In this document: positions 1 through 12,821 of the stretch, piece by piece
How the letters are laid out: the number at the start of each line of letters is the position of its first letter
Position numbering within the stretch: the stretch's first letter is position 1
Source: Octopus vulgaris
Taxonomy: Eukaryota
Length of the DNA: 64,000 bases
Reading direction: 5' to 3'
Assembly: GCA_951406725.2 (NCBI GenBank)
Contig: OX597820.1
Location: 23,188,001-23,252,000, forward strand
The notes under the pieces: model-generated
Database searches by the model: none
Told to the model about the DNA's origin: nothing
Seen by the model: only the letters and a program-made list of their open reading frames with translations
Made by a program: the position numbers and the translations under genes

Positions 1-261
1 CTTGTGGCTAAGTAGGCCGGATTATGAGAATTAAACAGAGAGGCAGCGAGAAGGAAGGATGAGTAAAAATCCTTTACTAGTCAACCACTACTTTTTCAGG
101 CTGGTTTGCTATTGTAGCCATCTAATAGAAGATCGTTAATAACATTAGATTTACTAAATGTTTTAACTACTTGCATTCATTTAGACTAGATTATTGATAT
201 TTTAGAAAAACATGCCTTTGTTAAAATACAACTTGCAACTTAATTATTTCATCTTTCAAAG

Positions 262-417
262 CTGCTGCGGTTCCTGAAAAATATATGCTACAGAGTCTTC
301 ATGGTTTTGTTGAAGAATTAGTTGTTAACGATGATCCAGAATATCAATGGATTGATAAATTACGTACTCCAAGAGCATCAAATGAAGCGAGACAAAGACT
401 GTTTTCAAAACTATCAG
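262..417 (+). CDS. C2CD5: C2 domain-containing protein 5 (CDP138/KIAA0528), internal coding exon A
   Basis: Acceptor tttcaaAG (260-261) and donor GTAAGT (418). Translates AAVPEKYMLQSLHGFVEELVVNDDPEYQWIDKLRTPRASNEARQRLFSKLS(G). This matches the C2CD5 motif HGFVEELVVNEDPEYQWIDRIRTPRASNEARQRL recalled from vertebrate C2CD5. Phase 1 to 1. Confidence 0.95.
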
Positions 418-539
418 GTAAGTTTTTTTTTTTTATTCCACTGAGTCTATCCACTAAAACTTTGAATTCAATGTTATTTTCTTTTGAGTTGATATTTCTC
501 TGGCCAATGATGAGAGCATTTGACTCTTCCAAAAATATT

Positions 540-979
540 AGACCCCCTTCAGTCACTAAGAGCACCATCTGAGTGTCATCGTTGCCAGAGCAGCAAACTG
601 GCTTCTGTACCAGTGACACGTAAAAAGCACCATTCGAGCGTGGTCGTTACCAGCATTGCCTTACTGGCACTTGTACCGGTGGCACGTGAAAAAACATTTG
701 AGCGAGGTCATTGCCAGTGCTGCTGGACTGGCTCCTGTACAGGTGGCACATAAAAAACACCATATGAGCATGGCCGTTGCCAGTACCGCCTGACTGGCCC
801 TCGTGCCGGTGGCACGTAAAAGCACCCACTACACTCTTGGAGTGGTTGGCATTAGGAAGGGCATCCAGCTGTAGAAACTCTGCCAGATCAGATTGGAGCC
901 TGCTGCAGCCATCTGGTTTGCCTCAGTCAAATCGTCCAACCCATGCCAGCATGGAAAGTAGATGTTAAACGATGATGAT
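540..979 (+). mobile_element. SINE/retroposon family C with internal ~55-bp tandem units and (GAT)n tail
   Basis: Contains gagtggttggcattaggaagggcatccagctgtagaaac...ccatgccagcatggaaa...gttaaacgatgatgat, which recurs many times in the window. Repeated gtggcacgtaaaaagcacc units. Confidence 0.8.
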
Positions 980-980
980 T

Positions 981-1019
<39 letters not shown>

Positions 1020-1061
1020 GTTTGATGATTTAACTCATGACTTCCTTTTATCTTTTTTCAG

Positions 1062-1122
1062 GAGAGTTGCAACGGAAAATTGGCTTGAAGGTTCTTGAAC
1101 TGGGTGGAAACTCAGTAATAGG
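1062..1122 (+). CDS. C2CD5: C2CD5 coding exon B
   Basis: ttttttcAG acceptor and GTAGGT donor. (G)ELQRKIGLKVLELGGNSVI(G) continues exon A in frame and matches C2CD5 GELQRKIGLKVLEMRGNAVVG. Phase 1 to 2. Confidence 0.95.
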
Positions 1123-1250
1123 GTAGGTTTCAGTTTTCATTCTTATAATGGAGATAATGTTCTTTTATCTCTTTAATAAATAATTTTTTTATCTACATCT
1201 CTATGTACTGACTACCGTCTTGTTATGTTGTGTAAACAAAGTTCTGAATT

Positions 1251-2055
1251 AGGTGCAAACATTACTGTGTGGTAAGAAGTTTGCTTCCCAACTACATGGT
1301 TCTGGATTCACTTGCCCAAGGTGCCATGCAGTAATATATGGCACCTTAGGCAAGTGTTTTCGGATCTTTTCGGTTTGAACGGCAGTTTTTTCTAGCAGTG
1401 TCATATGAAATTGTCACCCATAATTACGACCCTAGTATCAATCTATTGCATTTCAATCTATTTTAGGGTTAGGGGTAGGTGGAAGGGTATCTTTTTTTCT
1501 TCACAAATGTAAATAAACCCAATCTGTTTCTTAAACGAGGGACATATTCATACGGCACAGAATGTTGTTTACCTCAATGGACGTAGGTGATTGGTTGAAA
1601 TTGCAGAAATTGAAGGAAAAAACATCAAATATCTTTCAACATATAGAATTTTCTCAATAAAGCCAAGAGAAAAAGATGTTTTATAAACACATTCTACCAG
1701 TATACGAAGTTTAAAATTTTTTAGTTACCTACAAATTATGTTAAAAACTGCCGTTCAAACCAAAAAGATCCGTGTTTTTCTACTATAACCTTGGACTGAC
1801 CAAAGCTATGTGAGTGGATTTGATTGGCAGAAACTGAAAGAAGCCCGTCATATATGTGTATGTGTGTGTATGCCTCTTTGAATCTCTGTTTGTCCTTCAC
1901 AACCAGTGTTGGTGTGTTTATGTCCCCATAACTTAGTGCTTTGGCGAAAGAGACCAATAGAGTAAGTGCAAGGCTTTAAAAAAATGTACTTGGGTGGATT
2001 CAGTTTGCTAGAAATTCTTCAAGGTGGTGCCCCAGCATGGCCACACTCTAATGGA
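1251..2055 (+). mobile_element. tRNA-derived SINE family A, interrupted by a MITE
   Basis: Same body as 2567-2950, split at caagtgtttt|tctactata by the 1361-1772 insertion. Confidence 0.8.
1361..1772. mobile_element. Non-autonomous DNA transposon (MITE) with ~30-bp TIRs and 6-bp TSD
   Basis: TIRs cggatcttttcggtttgaacggcagttttt and aaaaactgccgttcaaaccaaaaagatccg. TGTTTT is duplicated at 1355-1360 and 1773-1778. Confidence 0.9.
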
Positions 2056-2566
2056 TATGGGCTTGCTTTGTTATCACATGGTCTTGAGTTCTGTCTCACT
2101 GTATGGCCTCTTAGGTAAGTATCTTCTCCTGCAGCTTTGGGCTGACCTGTGGTTTATGAGGAAGTTCAGTAGCTGGAAATTGTATGGAAGCCTGTTGTGT
2201 GTGTGTATAGTGTATGTAGCACAGGCAAGAAGTTCCAAACAGTACTCAATACCAAGAGGTGAGAGTCATTTATGGATATAGCATTGCAGCTGGCACTGTA
2301 CATTTAGGTTTATGAATTTCACCCTCTTGAACATCAGACTGGCTATAATGTGTTGTATAGTTAATTGATTGTTTAGAATATATGGTCAAGAATATGGGAA
2401 TTCAGTAGACATTTGGTGAAAAAAAAAAAAAAAAAAAGAAACATGGAAAAAAGAAAATTTTGCCTTTTCTAGGTGAATTTCTTTATTTTGTACCTTTGAA
2501 ATAATTTGTTAGCACTGAAACAGTTTTATGACTGTCAGCTTTTCATTTATGTAAATATTGCATATA

Positions 2567-2950
2567 TAGGCGTAGGAGTGGCTGTGTGGTAAGTAGCTTG
2601 CTTATGAACCACATGGTTCCAGGTTCAGTCCCACTGTGTGGCACCTTGGGCAAGTGTCTTCTACTATAGCTTCAGGCCAACCAAAGCCTTGTGAGTGGAT
2701 TTGGTAGACGGAAACTGAAAGAAGCCCGTCGTATATATGTATGTATATATGTGTGTGTGTGTGTCCAACATCGCTTGACAACCGATACTGGTGTGTTTAT
2801 GTCCCCACAACTTAGCAGTTTGGCAAAAGAGACTGATAGAATAAGTACTAGGCTTACAAAGAATAAGTCCTGGAGTCGATTTGCTCGACTAAAGGTGGTG
2901 CTCCTACATGGCCACAATCAAATGGCTGAAACGAGTAAAAGAAAGAGAAA
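2567..2950 (+). mobile_element. tRNA-derived SINE family A
   Basis: A-box-like tggctgtgtggt, B-box-like ggttcagtccc, internal (TA/TG)n, 3' end gctgaaacgagtaaaag. Many copies in the window. Confidence 0.85.
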
Positions 2951-3373
2951 AGACTTAAATAAACTTAGACATGTTTTAGCCAAAAACTGGTCCTGATCCT
3001 GTCTAACTTAACAGCACCACCTGACATCATCATCCATCCATTTTCCATGCAGGCATGGATTGGCCGGCTTGATAAGAACTAGCAATGCCAGGGCCTGCGC
3101 CAGGTTCCATAGCCTGTTTTGGCTTGGTCTCTACAGCTGGATGCCTTTCCTAACCCCAGTCACTTCACAGAGTGTACCGGGTGCTTTGTATGTGGCACCA
3201 TCACCAGTACTTTTTATGTAACATTTTAAAGTCAAGGTTTGTGGTGTCATGGCCCATTCAAGTAGGGAGTTATTGTTGCCTGAGATGTATATATATATGA
3301 ATGTATATGTGTATGTTTATATGTATATTATGTATGTCTGTATTGATATCTCTATATGTCTATAAAATTTCAG

Positions 3374-3499
3374 TTATCGGCAATGCTTTGACCTCGAAGG
3401 AGAATCAGGAATTGTCGTTCGTGCTATTGGGACAGCTGTCACATTATCGAAATCCTTAGTGCTATCTACATCTCCCATGGGGCTTTCACCTTTCAAAGA
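3374..3499 (+). CDS. C2CD5: C2CD5 coding exon C
   Basis: tttcAG acceptor and GTAAGT donor. (G)YRQCFDLEGESGIVVRAIGTAVTLSKSLVLSTSPMGLSPFK(D/E) matches C2CD5 YLQCFDLEGESGLVVRAIGTA. Phase 2 to 2. Confidence 0.95.
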
Positions 3500-4199
3500 G
3501 TAAGTTATTTGAACATTTTAAAAACATTATTTGAAATCATATTTAATATTTTTCCTTTATTTTTTTTCACTTTCTATATTCATTAAAAGCAAGTTTTTTT
3601 AAAATCTTTTTGCTAGAAAGTTTGTAGAAGTGGTAATTGGAAGAAAAATTTATTGAAAGAGTAATTAGAATATTTTTTGGACACGAAACACTAAATTTTC
3701 TAGTCAGTTACTTTGATACTCAAATAAACTAGATTTAAAGTTCCCTGAGCTGGAGATTAATCTGTTGTGGTATTTGAATCCTATTTATTGTTTTGGAAAC
3801 TAAATCAAAATTATATCAAAATGTTAATCTTTTCTAAATACTTAAAAACCACTTCAAACCATCTGAGGATACACAATGATAATGATAGAATATCATTTTA
3901 AAATTAATTATTCTAAACATCTTTATGTTCTTCCATACTTTTTTATTTTGTTATTTGTGTAAATAGGATTTTTCCGTTTTGTTAAATAGTTTTCAGTTAA
4001 ATACATTTTTTGTTAACCTTCTATTTTTCATACATTAAAACAGTTAAACAATATCTATTTATGCACAATACAGTGTAAATTTAAAAAAGCTGAAGTAAAT
4101 TCAAATATTGATAAAGCCTCACTGTGAGTTAAATAAGAATGTAAATATATCATTTTTGTACTATTGATTTGTGCCCTCCTTCCCTTTTTTCTGCTCATC

Positions 4200-4440
4200 A
4201 GGCACATGGCTTAGTGGGTAAGTTGTTGCATCCATGATCTTAAGATGGTGATTTTGATTCCTGGACCAACAATATGTTAGGTTCTTGAGCAAAACACTTC
4301 TTTTCATGTTCCTCAAATCCACTCAACTGGTAAAACTGAGTAATCCTGTGATGGACTGGCATCATGTTGAGGGGGAGATATATATATGTCACAGAATTTG
4401 GGAAACCTGCCTTATGAGCCCATGGCTCAGGAAGGACCTT
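4200..4440 (+). mobile_element. tRNA-derived SINE family D (CORE/V/Meta-like core)
   Basis: tggcttagtgg..ttgattcc head and ttcttgagcaaaacact core. Related copies at ~8690-8900, ~34060-34205 (minus) and ~63600-63830. Confidence 0.65.
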
Positions 4441-5367
4441 TGATCTTTTGATCCTCCCTTTTTTCCTGCTCATCAGTAGGATGGAAGGAATCTGTTTACA
4501 TTTCTATTTAACTCACAGTATAGCTTTGTAATATTTAAATTAAAACAGTTATTTGTTTAGTTTTTTTTCATGTAAATATGATTTTGTGCAACAGATTTAT
4601 TATTGAAATAAACAAGAAAAAAATCTATTGTATATTGATTATAAATGTTTGTTTATTTGCAATAATCTCTTCCTAGCGATCTAATCGAGAAAAGCTTACT
4701 GAACTATTAATATTGGCCTCAATTGATTATTGCTTAAAGAAATTTGCTTCTGGTTAATTTTCACATTTTTTTACCCTAGATGTTTTCCCTCTGGCCTGCT
4801 TTTATTTCCGTCTTTCCTTTCCTGTTTCAAATGCTTTCTCATTCTTACCTGGTCTTGTCTAATGCTGGCTTCAAAAGAACATCTAATGTGCAAAATTTCA
4901 AAACATAAACTTGATTTATTTTCGTTAGGCGCCTTATGACCGTTTCTTTTATTTGAAAGATTTATTCTGTTTACAGACATTTGTGTGTGTGTGTGCTTCT
5001 GTTAATGTTGGAAATGCTGTACTTTTATTTTAAAAAACATGCTTGTATAGAGATTAAATAACTCTATATTTGTATAGAGATGAAATAACTCAGTAACACC
5101 ATCTGACAACAAACATATCAACAAAAAATAAAAACAAACGAACAATAGCTAAGTTAGTTTTAATATATTTGATGCATAAAATACAGCATAGAACAAACAT
5201 CTGAATTTTAAAATCTTAAAACATTTTTATTTTTATACTTAATTTGTAAGATACTTGATGTGAAATTGCCTGTCAAAAGAGGTATTTATTGTAACTTGGT
5301 CGAGTAAGTTTGCCAATAAAAACAAAAACACTTCTCTTCTTTTTATTATTATTATTATTATTATTAT

Positions 5368-6490
5368 CAGTGGAAGACAGTGAGCTGATAGAACTGTTAG
5401 TACACCGGACAAAATGCTTAGCAGCATTTATGTTTACGGTTCAAATTCTGCCAATGTTGATTTTGTCTTTCATCCTTTTGGGGTCAATGAAATAAGCACC
5501 AATCAAGCCCTGGGGTCAATGTAATCGACTAGTTGCCTTCCCACACAAATTTCAGGCCTTATGCCTACTGAAATGATTATTGTTATCATTATTATTATCA
5601 TCATCATCATCAGTGAAAAACTGAGCATGCTGGACAAGTTGCTTAGTGTTCTAAGTTTTAATTTCGCCAAAGTCAACTTATGATTTCATCCTTTCGGAGT
5701 TTGTAAAATAAGTACCAGTTAAGCATTGGGGGTCAGTGTAATCAACTAGCCCCCTCTCCTAAAAAATCTCAGGTCTTGTGTCTGTAGGATTATTAGTATT
5801 AAAGGCAGTGAGCTGACAGAATCATCAAGGTGCCAGACAAAATGCTTTGTAGCATATCTTCTGCCCTTATATTCTGTGTTCATATGCCACAGGTCCACTT
5901 TGTCTTTTATCCCTTTGGGCTCAACAAAAGTATCAGTTGTGCACTGGCATTGATATAATTGACTTACTCCCTGAAATTGCTAGCCTTGTGCCAAAAATCA
6001 GAAACCATTATTATTATTATTATTATTATGAAGGCAGCAAGCTGGCAAAATTGTTAGTATACCGGGCAAAATGCTTGGTGGCATTTCATCCTTCTTTATG
6101 ATCTGAGTTCGAATTCCTCTGAGGTCAACTTTGCCTTTCATCCTTTCAGGGTCATTAAATTAAGTACCAGTTGAGTACTGGGGTCGATGTAATCGACTAG
6201 CCCTCTCCCCACAAATTTCAGGCCTTGTGCCTTTAGTAGAAAGGATTGTTATTATCATCTAATTAGAAGGTGGTGAGCTGGCAGAATCGTTAGCATGCTG
6301 GACAAAATGCTTAGCAATATTTTGCCTGTTCCTACATTCTTTGTTCAAATTCTGCCAGGGTCGACTTTGCTTTTCATCCTTTCAGAGTCGATAAATTAAG
6401 CACCAGTGATACACTGGGGATTGATGTAATCAACTTAGTCCCCTCCCCCAAATTTTAAGCCTTGTGCCCATAGCAGAAATGATTATTATT
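5368..6490 (+). mobile_element. Head-to-tail array of five family B SINEs (Deu/Nin-like core) separated by (ATT)n
   Basis: Repeated unit ggcgagctggcagaatcgttagc...gagttcaaatt...ggtcgactttgcctttcatcctttcggggtcgataaattaagtaccag...ggccttgtgcc, each followed by attattatt. Confidence 0.85.
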
Positions 6491-7094
6491 ATCTAGTTTG
6501 CTAATTAGCTAATCAATTGTTTGGTCAATCAATCAATTCATTAGAGTCCTGTCTATGACGTTATCAAAAGCATGCACTTTCACAAGTTCTTTGTGACAAA
6601 AGTAGAGCAGATGAGGACACATCAATGAGAAGGTTGCAAACAGTGGCAAAAAGACTCTGATGAATCAACTCAGTGAATTGATCAGTTAATTAGCTAATTG
6701 GTTAGTTAATTAGCTGTTTCCAATTCTGGGTACAAGTTCACAAATTTCTTTTTGAGTGGAATGAGATTAGCTTGTTGAAGTCAACTCCAGTACTTGACTG
6801 GTACTTTATTTTGTTAATCCTGGAAGAATGAAAAGCAAAATTGACCTTTACGAGATTTTGTATTCAGAACATAAAGAGCCAGAATAAAATAGTGGTGCTC
6901 CAGCATGGTCACAGTCAGATGACTGAAACAAGTAAAAGAGTAATGATTTTGCCTGTCCACTATCCTTGCCTGATAGGAATAAAAGTTAGTGATATATAGC
7001 CATTGTGTGTGTTTTTATTGGCAAAATGAATCACCCAAGGTGCAATAACATTTTAAAATTAATTTTCATACATCAATAAATGTACAATCTGATA

Positions 7095-7590
7095 TCATCA
7101 TCATCATCATCGTTTAATGTCTGATTTCCATGCTGGGACGGGTTGGACGGTTTGACTGAGGACTGGTGAGCTAGAGGCTGCATCAGGCTTCAATCTGATC
7201 TGGCAAAGTTTCTACAGCTGGATGCCCTTCCTCACGCCAACCACACCAAGAGTGTAGTGGGTGCTTTTACGTGACACCAGCACGAGGGCCAGTCAGGCGA
7301 TTCTGGCAACGACCATGCTCAAAAGGTGTTTTTTATGTGCTACCTGCATGGGAGCCAGTCCGGCTGCACTGGCAATAACTACCCTCGAATGTTGTTTTTC
7401 ACGTGCCACCGGCACATGTGCGGGTAGGATGACTCTGGCAATGATCACGCTTGAATGGTGCTTTTCACGTGCCACTGGCATGGGAGCCAATCTATGGCCC
7501 TGGCAATGATCATGCTCGGATGTGATTTTAATGTTCCACTGGCATGAGTGCCAATCAAGTGGTACTGTCATCGGCCACATCAGCAATTTT
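7095..7590 (-). mobile_element. SINE family C, minus strand, with internal tandem units
   Basis: Reverse complement of the 540-979 family (catcatcgtttaa...tttctacagctggatgcccttcct). Confidence 0.8.
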
Positions 7591-9255
7591 GATCTTGATA
7601 AATACATATTTACTTATTGATTCAGTTAAACTGTTTCAACAATTACAGTGAAATCTGTGTTTCATTGAGGGGGGCAAAATAAAACCAAAATATGTTGAAA
7701 GTTGTCTGTGTAATCACCAGAAAAATGAAAATAGTATGGACCATTTATCATCATCATTTAGCGTCTATTGTCCATGCTGGCATGTGATGGACGATTTGAC
7801 TGGGCTGGCATGCTGGAAAGCTGTGCCAGTCTCCAGTCTGATTTAGCATGGTTTTCTACAGCTGGTTGCCCTTCCTAACACCAACCACTCCGAGAGAGTA
7901 ATGGGTGATTTTATGTCCCACCGGCATGGGTGCTATTTGCATGACATCGGTATATGCCATGACTGCAATTTTGCTTGGCTTGATGGGTCTTCTTCTCAAG
8001 CACAACATAATGCCAAAGGTTTTGGTCATTGCCTCCATGAGACCCAATGCTCAAAAGAAACTCAACCACCTCACCTCCATGAGGCTTAACACTCATTTTT
8101 CATCACATATTTTTTTCTATAGTTAGCTGTTGAACCCTTTGGTTACAATATTTCTGACTGACTTTATTTCAGTTCATTTCGAAAATAATAAAGATTTTAA
8201 TAAAATAACTTTGTTGTTAATAATATGGTGTTTGAAGCATAAATTAAAAGGAAATTTTGATGACAGACATTAATTTAGGTCACTGTAAAACAAAAAGTTT
8301 GTATTATAGACCCGGGACAGCCTCATGCAAGTTGATATGAAAAAATTTAATGCACCCAACATTACATATCTTAACTTTGGCATATTTAATATTGTTTTTT
8401 CACAGAGATAACATCTCTGATTTATTTCATCTCTTAGCATTGCTATTTTCTTGCACCAGTAAATTTACTATAATGTATATTTACTTAGTGATGGATTCAC
8501 TAAGATATGGAGGAGGTCAGAATCGGATCAAAACTTGTGTAAAGCTCTCTGTTGTACTGCACATAAGATATTAATCCACTGACTAATTTTATTAGCTTTT
8601 TAATAATGCTCCATGTATTAAGTACACTAACTTATTTGTATACTTCTATGGTTACTTATTCTATGTGACACCCTAACAATTCACCCCATTATGGTTATTG
8701 TTTTGGTATTCGATTCTTGGACCGGGCGACATGTTGTGTTCTTGAGCAAAACACTTCATTTCACGTTGCTCCAGTCCACTCAGCTGGCAAAAATGAGTAC
8801 CGCTGTGATGGACTGGCGTCCCGTCCAGCTGGGGAACACATATGCCATTGAAACCGGGAGACCGGGCCCGTGAACCAGGCTAGGCTTTAAAAGGGCGCAC
8901 TTATTATTATTATTATTATTATTCTAAGGTTGAATCTGACCAAAGTCGAGGGTGACTACATATTTTATCCTTTTGGGAGTTCATTCAATAAAGTACGAGT
9001 GAAGTACGAGTACTGGAGTTGATTCTTTCTCTGTCCTTCTCTGAGTTGGTTATGTTGCATACTGAAAAACTAAAATGAGATGATTAACTGCAGTTGTTTG
9101 AATGTTGATGATTTGGCATGGCCTGCTGGACATTCTGCTTGCTTTAGCGACTGCGCTTTTTGGCACTTGGAGACATACACATGGACATACATGTGCAGAA
9201 ATATACCCATGTGGATTGAAAAAGTGAGAGAAAGAGGTTATAATTCATTAATCAA

Positions 9256-9605
9256 CCCTTTAGCATTCAGATTTCTCTTTCAAAAGTAATGCTTATTTAT
9301 TCACATTGATAAAAATTTGTCATGCGTTACCTTCAAGCTTAGAGATTTCAATGATGTGGTTGTTTATTTTTAAAATAATATCATCTACCACTACACTCAC
9401 AGAGTGGTTGGCGTTAGGGAGGGCATCCAGCTGTAGAAACACTACCAGATCAGTCTGGAGCCTGGTGCAGCCTCCTGGCTTCCCAGACCCCCCCAGTCGG
9501 ACCATCTAACCCATGCTAACATGGAAAACGGACGTCAAACAATGATGATGATGATCGTAAAGTAAGCGTGAGAGATCGGATCTGACCAGTTTAAATGCTA
9601 ATGGG
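9256..9605. mobile_element. piggyBac-like MITE interrupted by a family C SINE (~9389-9555)
   Basis: Termini ccctttagcatt / aatgctaatggg next to TTAA-like sites. Related copies at 28977-29193, 41585-41804, ~56410-56615 and ~63840-end. Confidence 0.7.
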
Positions 9606-10077
9606 TTAAACATGACTGACATAAGCACTTTCCTTCTCTTCATACATGTAAAGAGAAATATGTTCACAGACATAAACAGGGAGAGAGGACATGATTTATA
9701 AATTGAACTCAATTGTCATAAACACCTTTTTCTTCTCATATATATACATGAAGAGAAATATATTTACGTTCATAAACAGAGGGGAGAGGGAGAGAGAGAG
9801 AGAGAAAGGGGTAGGAGAGAATGAAAGAAATATCAAAATGTCTGATGTCAAGTAAGTTAGTGTCAAATCAGCGATGCCAAAATGGCTGTACCAAACAGCT
9901 GTGCCAAAATGTCTCATACCCACTTATAGTGTCCATTTCTTCAGAAATGGATCCTGGCTGAGTCATGGGATTAGCAGCAACCCCTTCTCAGGAAAAAAAA
10001 AAAAAAAATTGACACACTGGTAGAACTATCCAATGATGGATTGATGTGGAAGTACAGCTTGGAATAAAAGTTATTCA

Positions 10078-10452
10078 TAGGCACAGACATGGCTGTGTGG
10101 TTAAGAAGCTTGCCTTGCAACCACATGGTTTCAGGTTCAATCCCACTGAGCAGCACTTGGGGGAAAATGTCTACCGCTATAGCCCAGAACCAACCAATAC
10201 CATGTAAGCGGATTTGGTAGGTAGAAACCTTATGGAAGCTCATCATGTGTGTGTGTGTGTCTGAGTTTGTTACGCCCCTACCATCACTTGACAACCAGTG
10301 TTGGTTTGTTTATGTCCCCATAACTTAGTGGTTTGGCAAAAAGAGATCAGATAGAATAAGTACTGGGGTCAATTTGTTCAGCTAAAAGCCTTTTGAGGCC
10401 ATGCCCCAGCATGGCCAAAGTCCAGTGGCTGAAGCAAGTAAAAGATAAAAGA
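10078..10452 (+). mobile_element. SINE family A
   Basis: Full-length diverged copy of 2567-2950. Confidence 0.8.
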
Positions 10453-10848
10453 TCAATTACTAAATGGGAGCCATTTTCTCATTTATCTTCACTATCTAGC
10501 AATTAAGACTAAATCAATCCACCAAATTTCCAATGCCAGGAACAAGTTTAGATCTACATGCAAAAGAACTGATGGTTTCAAGATTTTATTGCTGTGCCAG
10601 GCATGTTTGTTGCTGACTATATAGTTCACCAAAGAACCATCTATTATGTGATTGATTTTATCGATATTGTAGGAAGAATTAGAATGATTTATTGCTACAT
10701 GCTATTTTTAAATTTAATAAATAATTTCTTTTTTATCTTCTTTGTTATTTGATTAATGAGTAAGCGTTTTCAGCCTTTCTGTTTAATTCGTCTTTTGATT
10801 TCTGGGTTTTGTGATTGTTCCTTTAATATTTTATCATTCTTTTATTAT

Positions 10849-11290
10849 CATGGCTCAGTGGTTACAGCATCAGGCTTACACTTGTGAAGTTGTGAGTTTG
10901 ATTCCCAGACCAGGCTGTTTGTTGTGCTCTTGAGCAAGACACTTTATTTCATGTTGCTGGGTTTGAGTTTGATTCCCAGACCAGGCTGTGTGTTGTGCTC
11001 TTGAGCAAGACACTTTATTTCATGTTGCTGAGTTTGAGTCCCAGACCAGGCTGTGTGTTGTGCTCTTGAGCAAGACACTTTATTTCATGTTGCTCCAGTT
11101 CACTTAGCTGTAGAAATAATTTGCAATGTCGTTCATGCCAAGCTGTATCAGCTTTTGCCTTTCTCTTGGTCAATATTGGTGGTGTGGAGATGAGAGACTG
11201 GTATGCATGGACGACTGCTGGTCTTCCTCAAACAGCCTTGCCCAGAGTTGTGCCCAGGATGGGAACTTTCGAGGCACAATCCCTTGGTCA
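10849..11290 (+). mobile_element. Family D-related SINE with an internal ~70-bp triplication
   Basis: cccagaccaggctgtgtgttgtgctcttgagcaagacactttatttcatgttgct occurs three times. An unduplicated relative lies on the minus strand at ~29660-29978. Confidence 0.75.
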
Positions 11291-11904
11291 TTCATGTTTT
11301 GCAAACAACTTGCACATGCAAGTGCTACCAGTCAAAAGCTCTGCATACTAGAAACCAGCAAGTGTATGAGGTCATCAGGAGAGAATGTGTGCTATTTTGG
11401 GGCCTACCTCTCAACAGCATCAATGCACATCACCCCACCCCACCTCACTGATATGAGGCCCTGCTTGCTAGGTCAACTGATTACCAAGTAAAACTCAATA
11501 TTCTTCTATCCATTGCTCATTGTCTCTTTTTAACCAAGAGACAATGAGAAAACAAAAAAATTCAAACCTGGTCTTTATTCTTTGTGTGTGTAATATATAT
11601 GGAGAGAGAGATAGCTGTAGCTAGTTCTGATAAGGAGATATATTTATTCTTGTGTCTGTATGTATATGTGTGTTCATATATAAATATATATATATTGGCT
11701 TCTAGGAAGCTATAAACAGTCAGGTCTAGGTGCATGCTTGCTCACAGTAGAAACAGCTGTGAGCTAATGAAAGTGATTATGTAATGCTTTTTTTTGTTTT
11801 TATAATTCATTAATTGATTCTCTGTACTGACCCGGTGGTTTACTGTAAAGCATGATTATACTGAGTTTTTATTATTTTAAATTTAAATAACTATGTTCTC
11901 CAAC

Positions 11905-12430
11905 CGGAAATCAGAAACCATGTTGGGTGTCAGTCAGCAAGTCATTTTCTTCAAGGAAGGTGATTAGTTTTCTTCTGACTATTCGTTCCATGACCTTGCT
12001 GATGTGCAAGGTCAAAGAGATAGGTCTGTAGTTTTTGGCCTCTGCTCTACTACCTCTTTTATGAACAGGGTATATTTTACCCTCCTTCAGTTTTCTTAGA
12101 AGTTTGCCAGCTGGAAGGAAGCTCTGAAAGAGGGACTTGCTTACATGCTTTTAGAAGGATTGCTGGGAATCCATCGGGGCCAGTAGCTGAGTTTGAGTTC
12201 ATTTCATCTATAGCCCTTATTACATCGTCTTCCTTTATATTGATGTAATCAATCATCACTGCTTCTGTTTTTTTATCTGCAGTGATAAAAAAGTCAGTTG
12301 GATTGCTGACTTGCAAGTGTCCTAGGGGTGGAGTGAAAATACTTTTGAATTGCTTATTTAGTATTTCACTTATTCTCATTGGGTTTCCTGTTAGTGAACC
12401 ATCTTTTTTGAGGAGTGGCCCTATCCTGCA
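11905..12430 (-). pseudogene. Decayed non-LTR retrotransposon ORF2 fragment (CR1/L2-like, start of the RT region)
   Basis: IGPLLKKDG..ISEILNKQFKSIFT..ATGPDGFPAILLK, then after a frameshift IYPVHKRGSRAEAKNYRPISLT..SKVMERIVRRKLITFLEENDLLTDTQHGF. Confidence 0.9.
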
Positions 12431-12458
12431 GTGCACTGAAGCTGCCTATATGTATGTA

Positions 12459-12490
<32 letters not shown>

Positions 12491-12556
12491 AATTTTTTTC
12501 ATAATGAGATAAAAAACCAAGGCTGAGTAGATTTTAGAACATTCATAGATAGAAGG

Positions 12557-12602
12557 TCTTACAGCTGTTTCCAGGATATTTATTATATACCTTCATCAGA
12601 GA
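12557..12602 (-). ncRNA. Type I hammerhead ribozyme motif in a Penelope-like terminus
   Basis: Minus strand reads tct-CTGATGA-aggtatat(aataa)atatcct-g-GAAA-cagct-GTA-aga. Core boxes, stem I tct/aga, stem II and palindromic stem III are present. Confidence 0.75.
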
Positions 12603-12782
12603 TGGTGTGAGAGAATAGTTAAGTAATAGTTAATTTAGATATGATACAAAATAGAGAGTGAGGTGAAGGAAAGAAAATAGATGTGAGATATGTAGGGATA
12701 TTGAAGTTGTAGATCCATTTTTTAGGCAAAATGGTATACATGTATATATATATATATATGTGTATATATGTATATATATATG

Positions 12783-12821
<39 letters not shown>

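Noticed and set aside
600-830. ~55-bp repeated units with variable spacers, superficially CRISPR-like (also 7260-7560 and 36750-36900)
   Set aside because: Eukaryotic context, no cas genes, and the units are degenerate internal tandem repeats of SINE family C.
2567-2640. tRNA-like A/B boxes
   Set aside because: These are SINE heads without a full cloverleaf, so they are not called as tRNA genes.
4677-4712. Possible alternative terminal exon DDLIEKSLLNY* after ttcctAG
   Set aside because: Only an acceptor-like site and a short frame, which is expected by chance in a long AT-rich intron.
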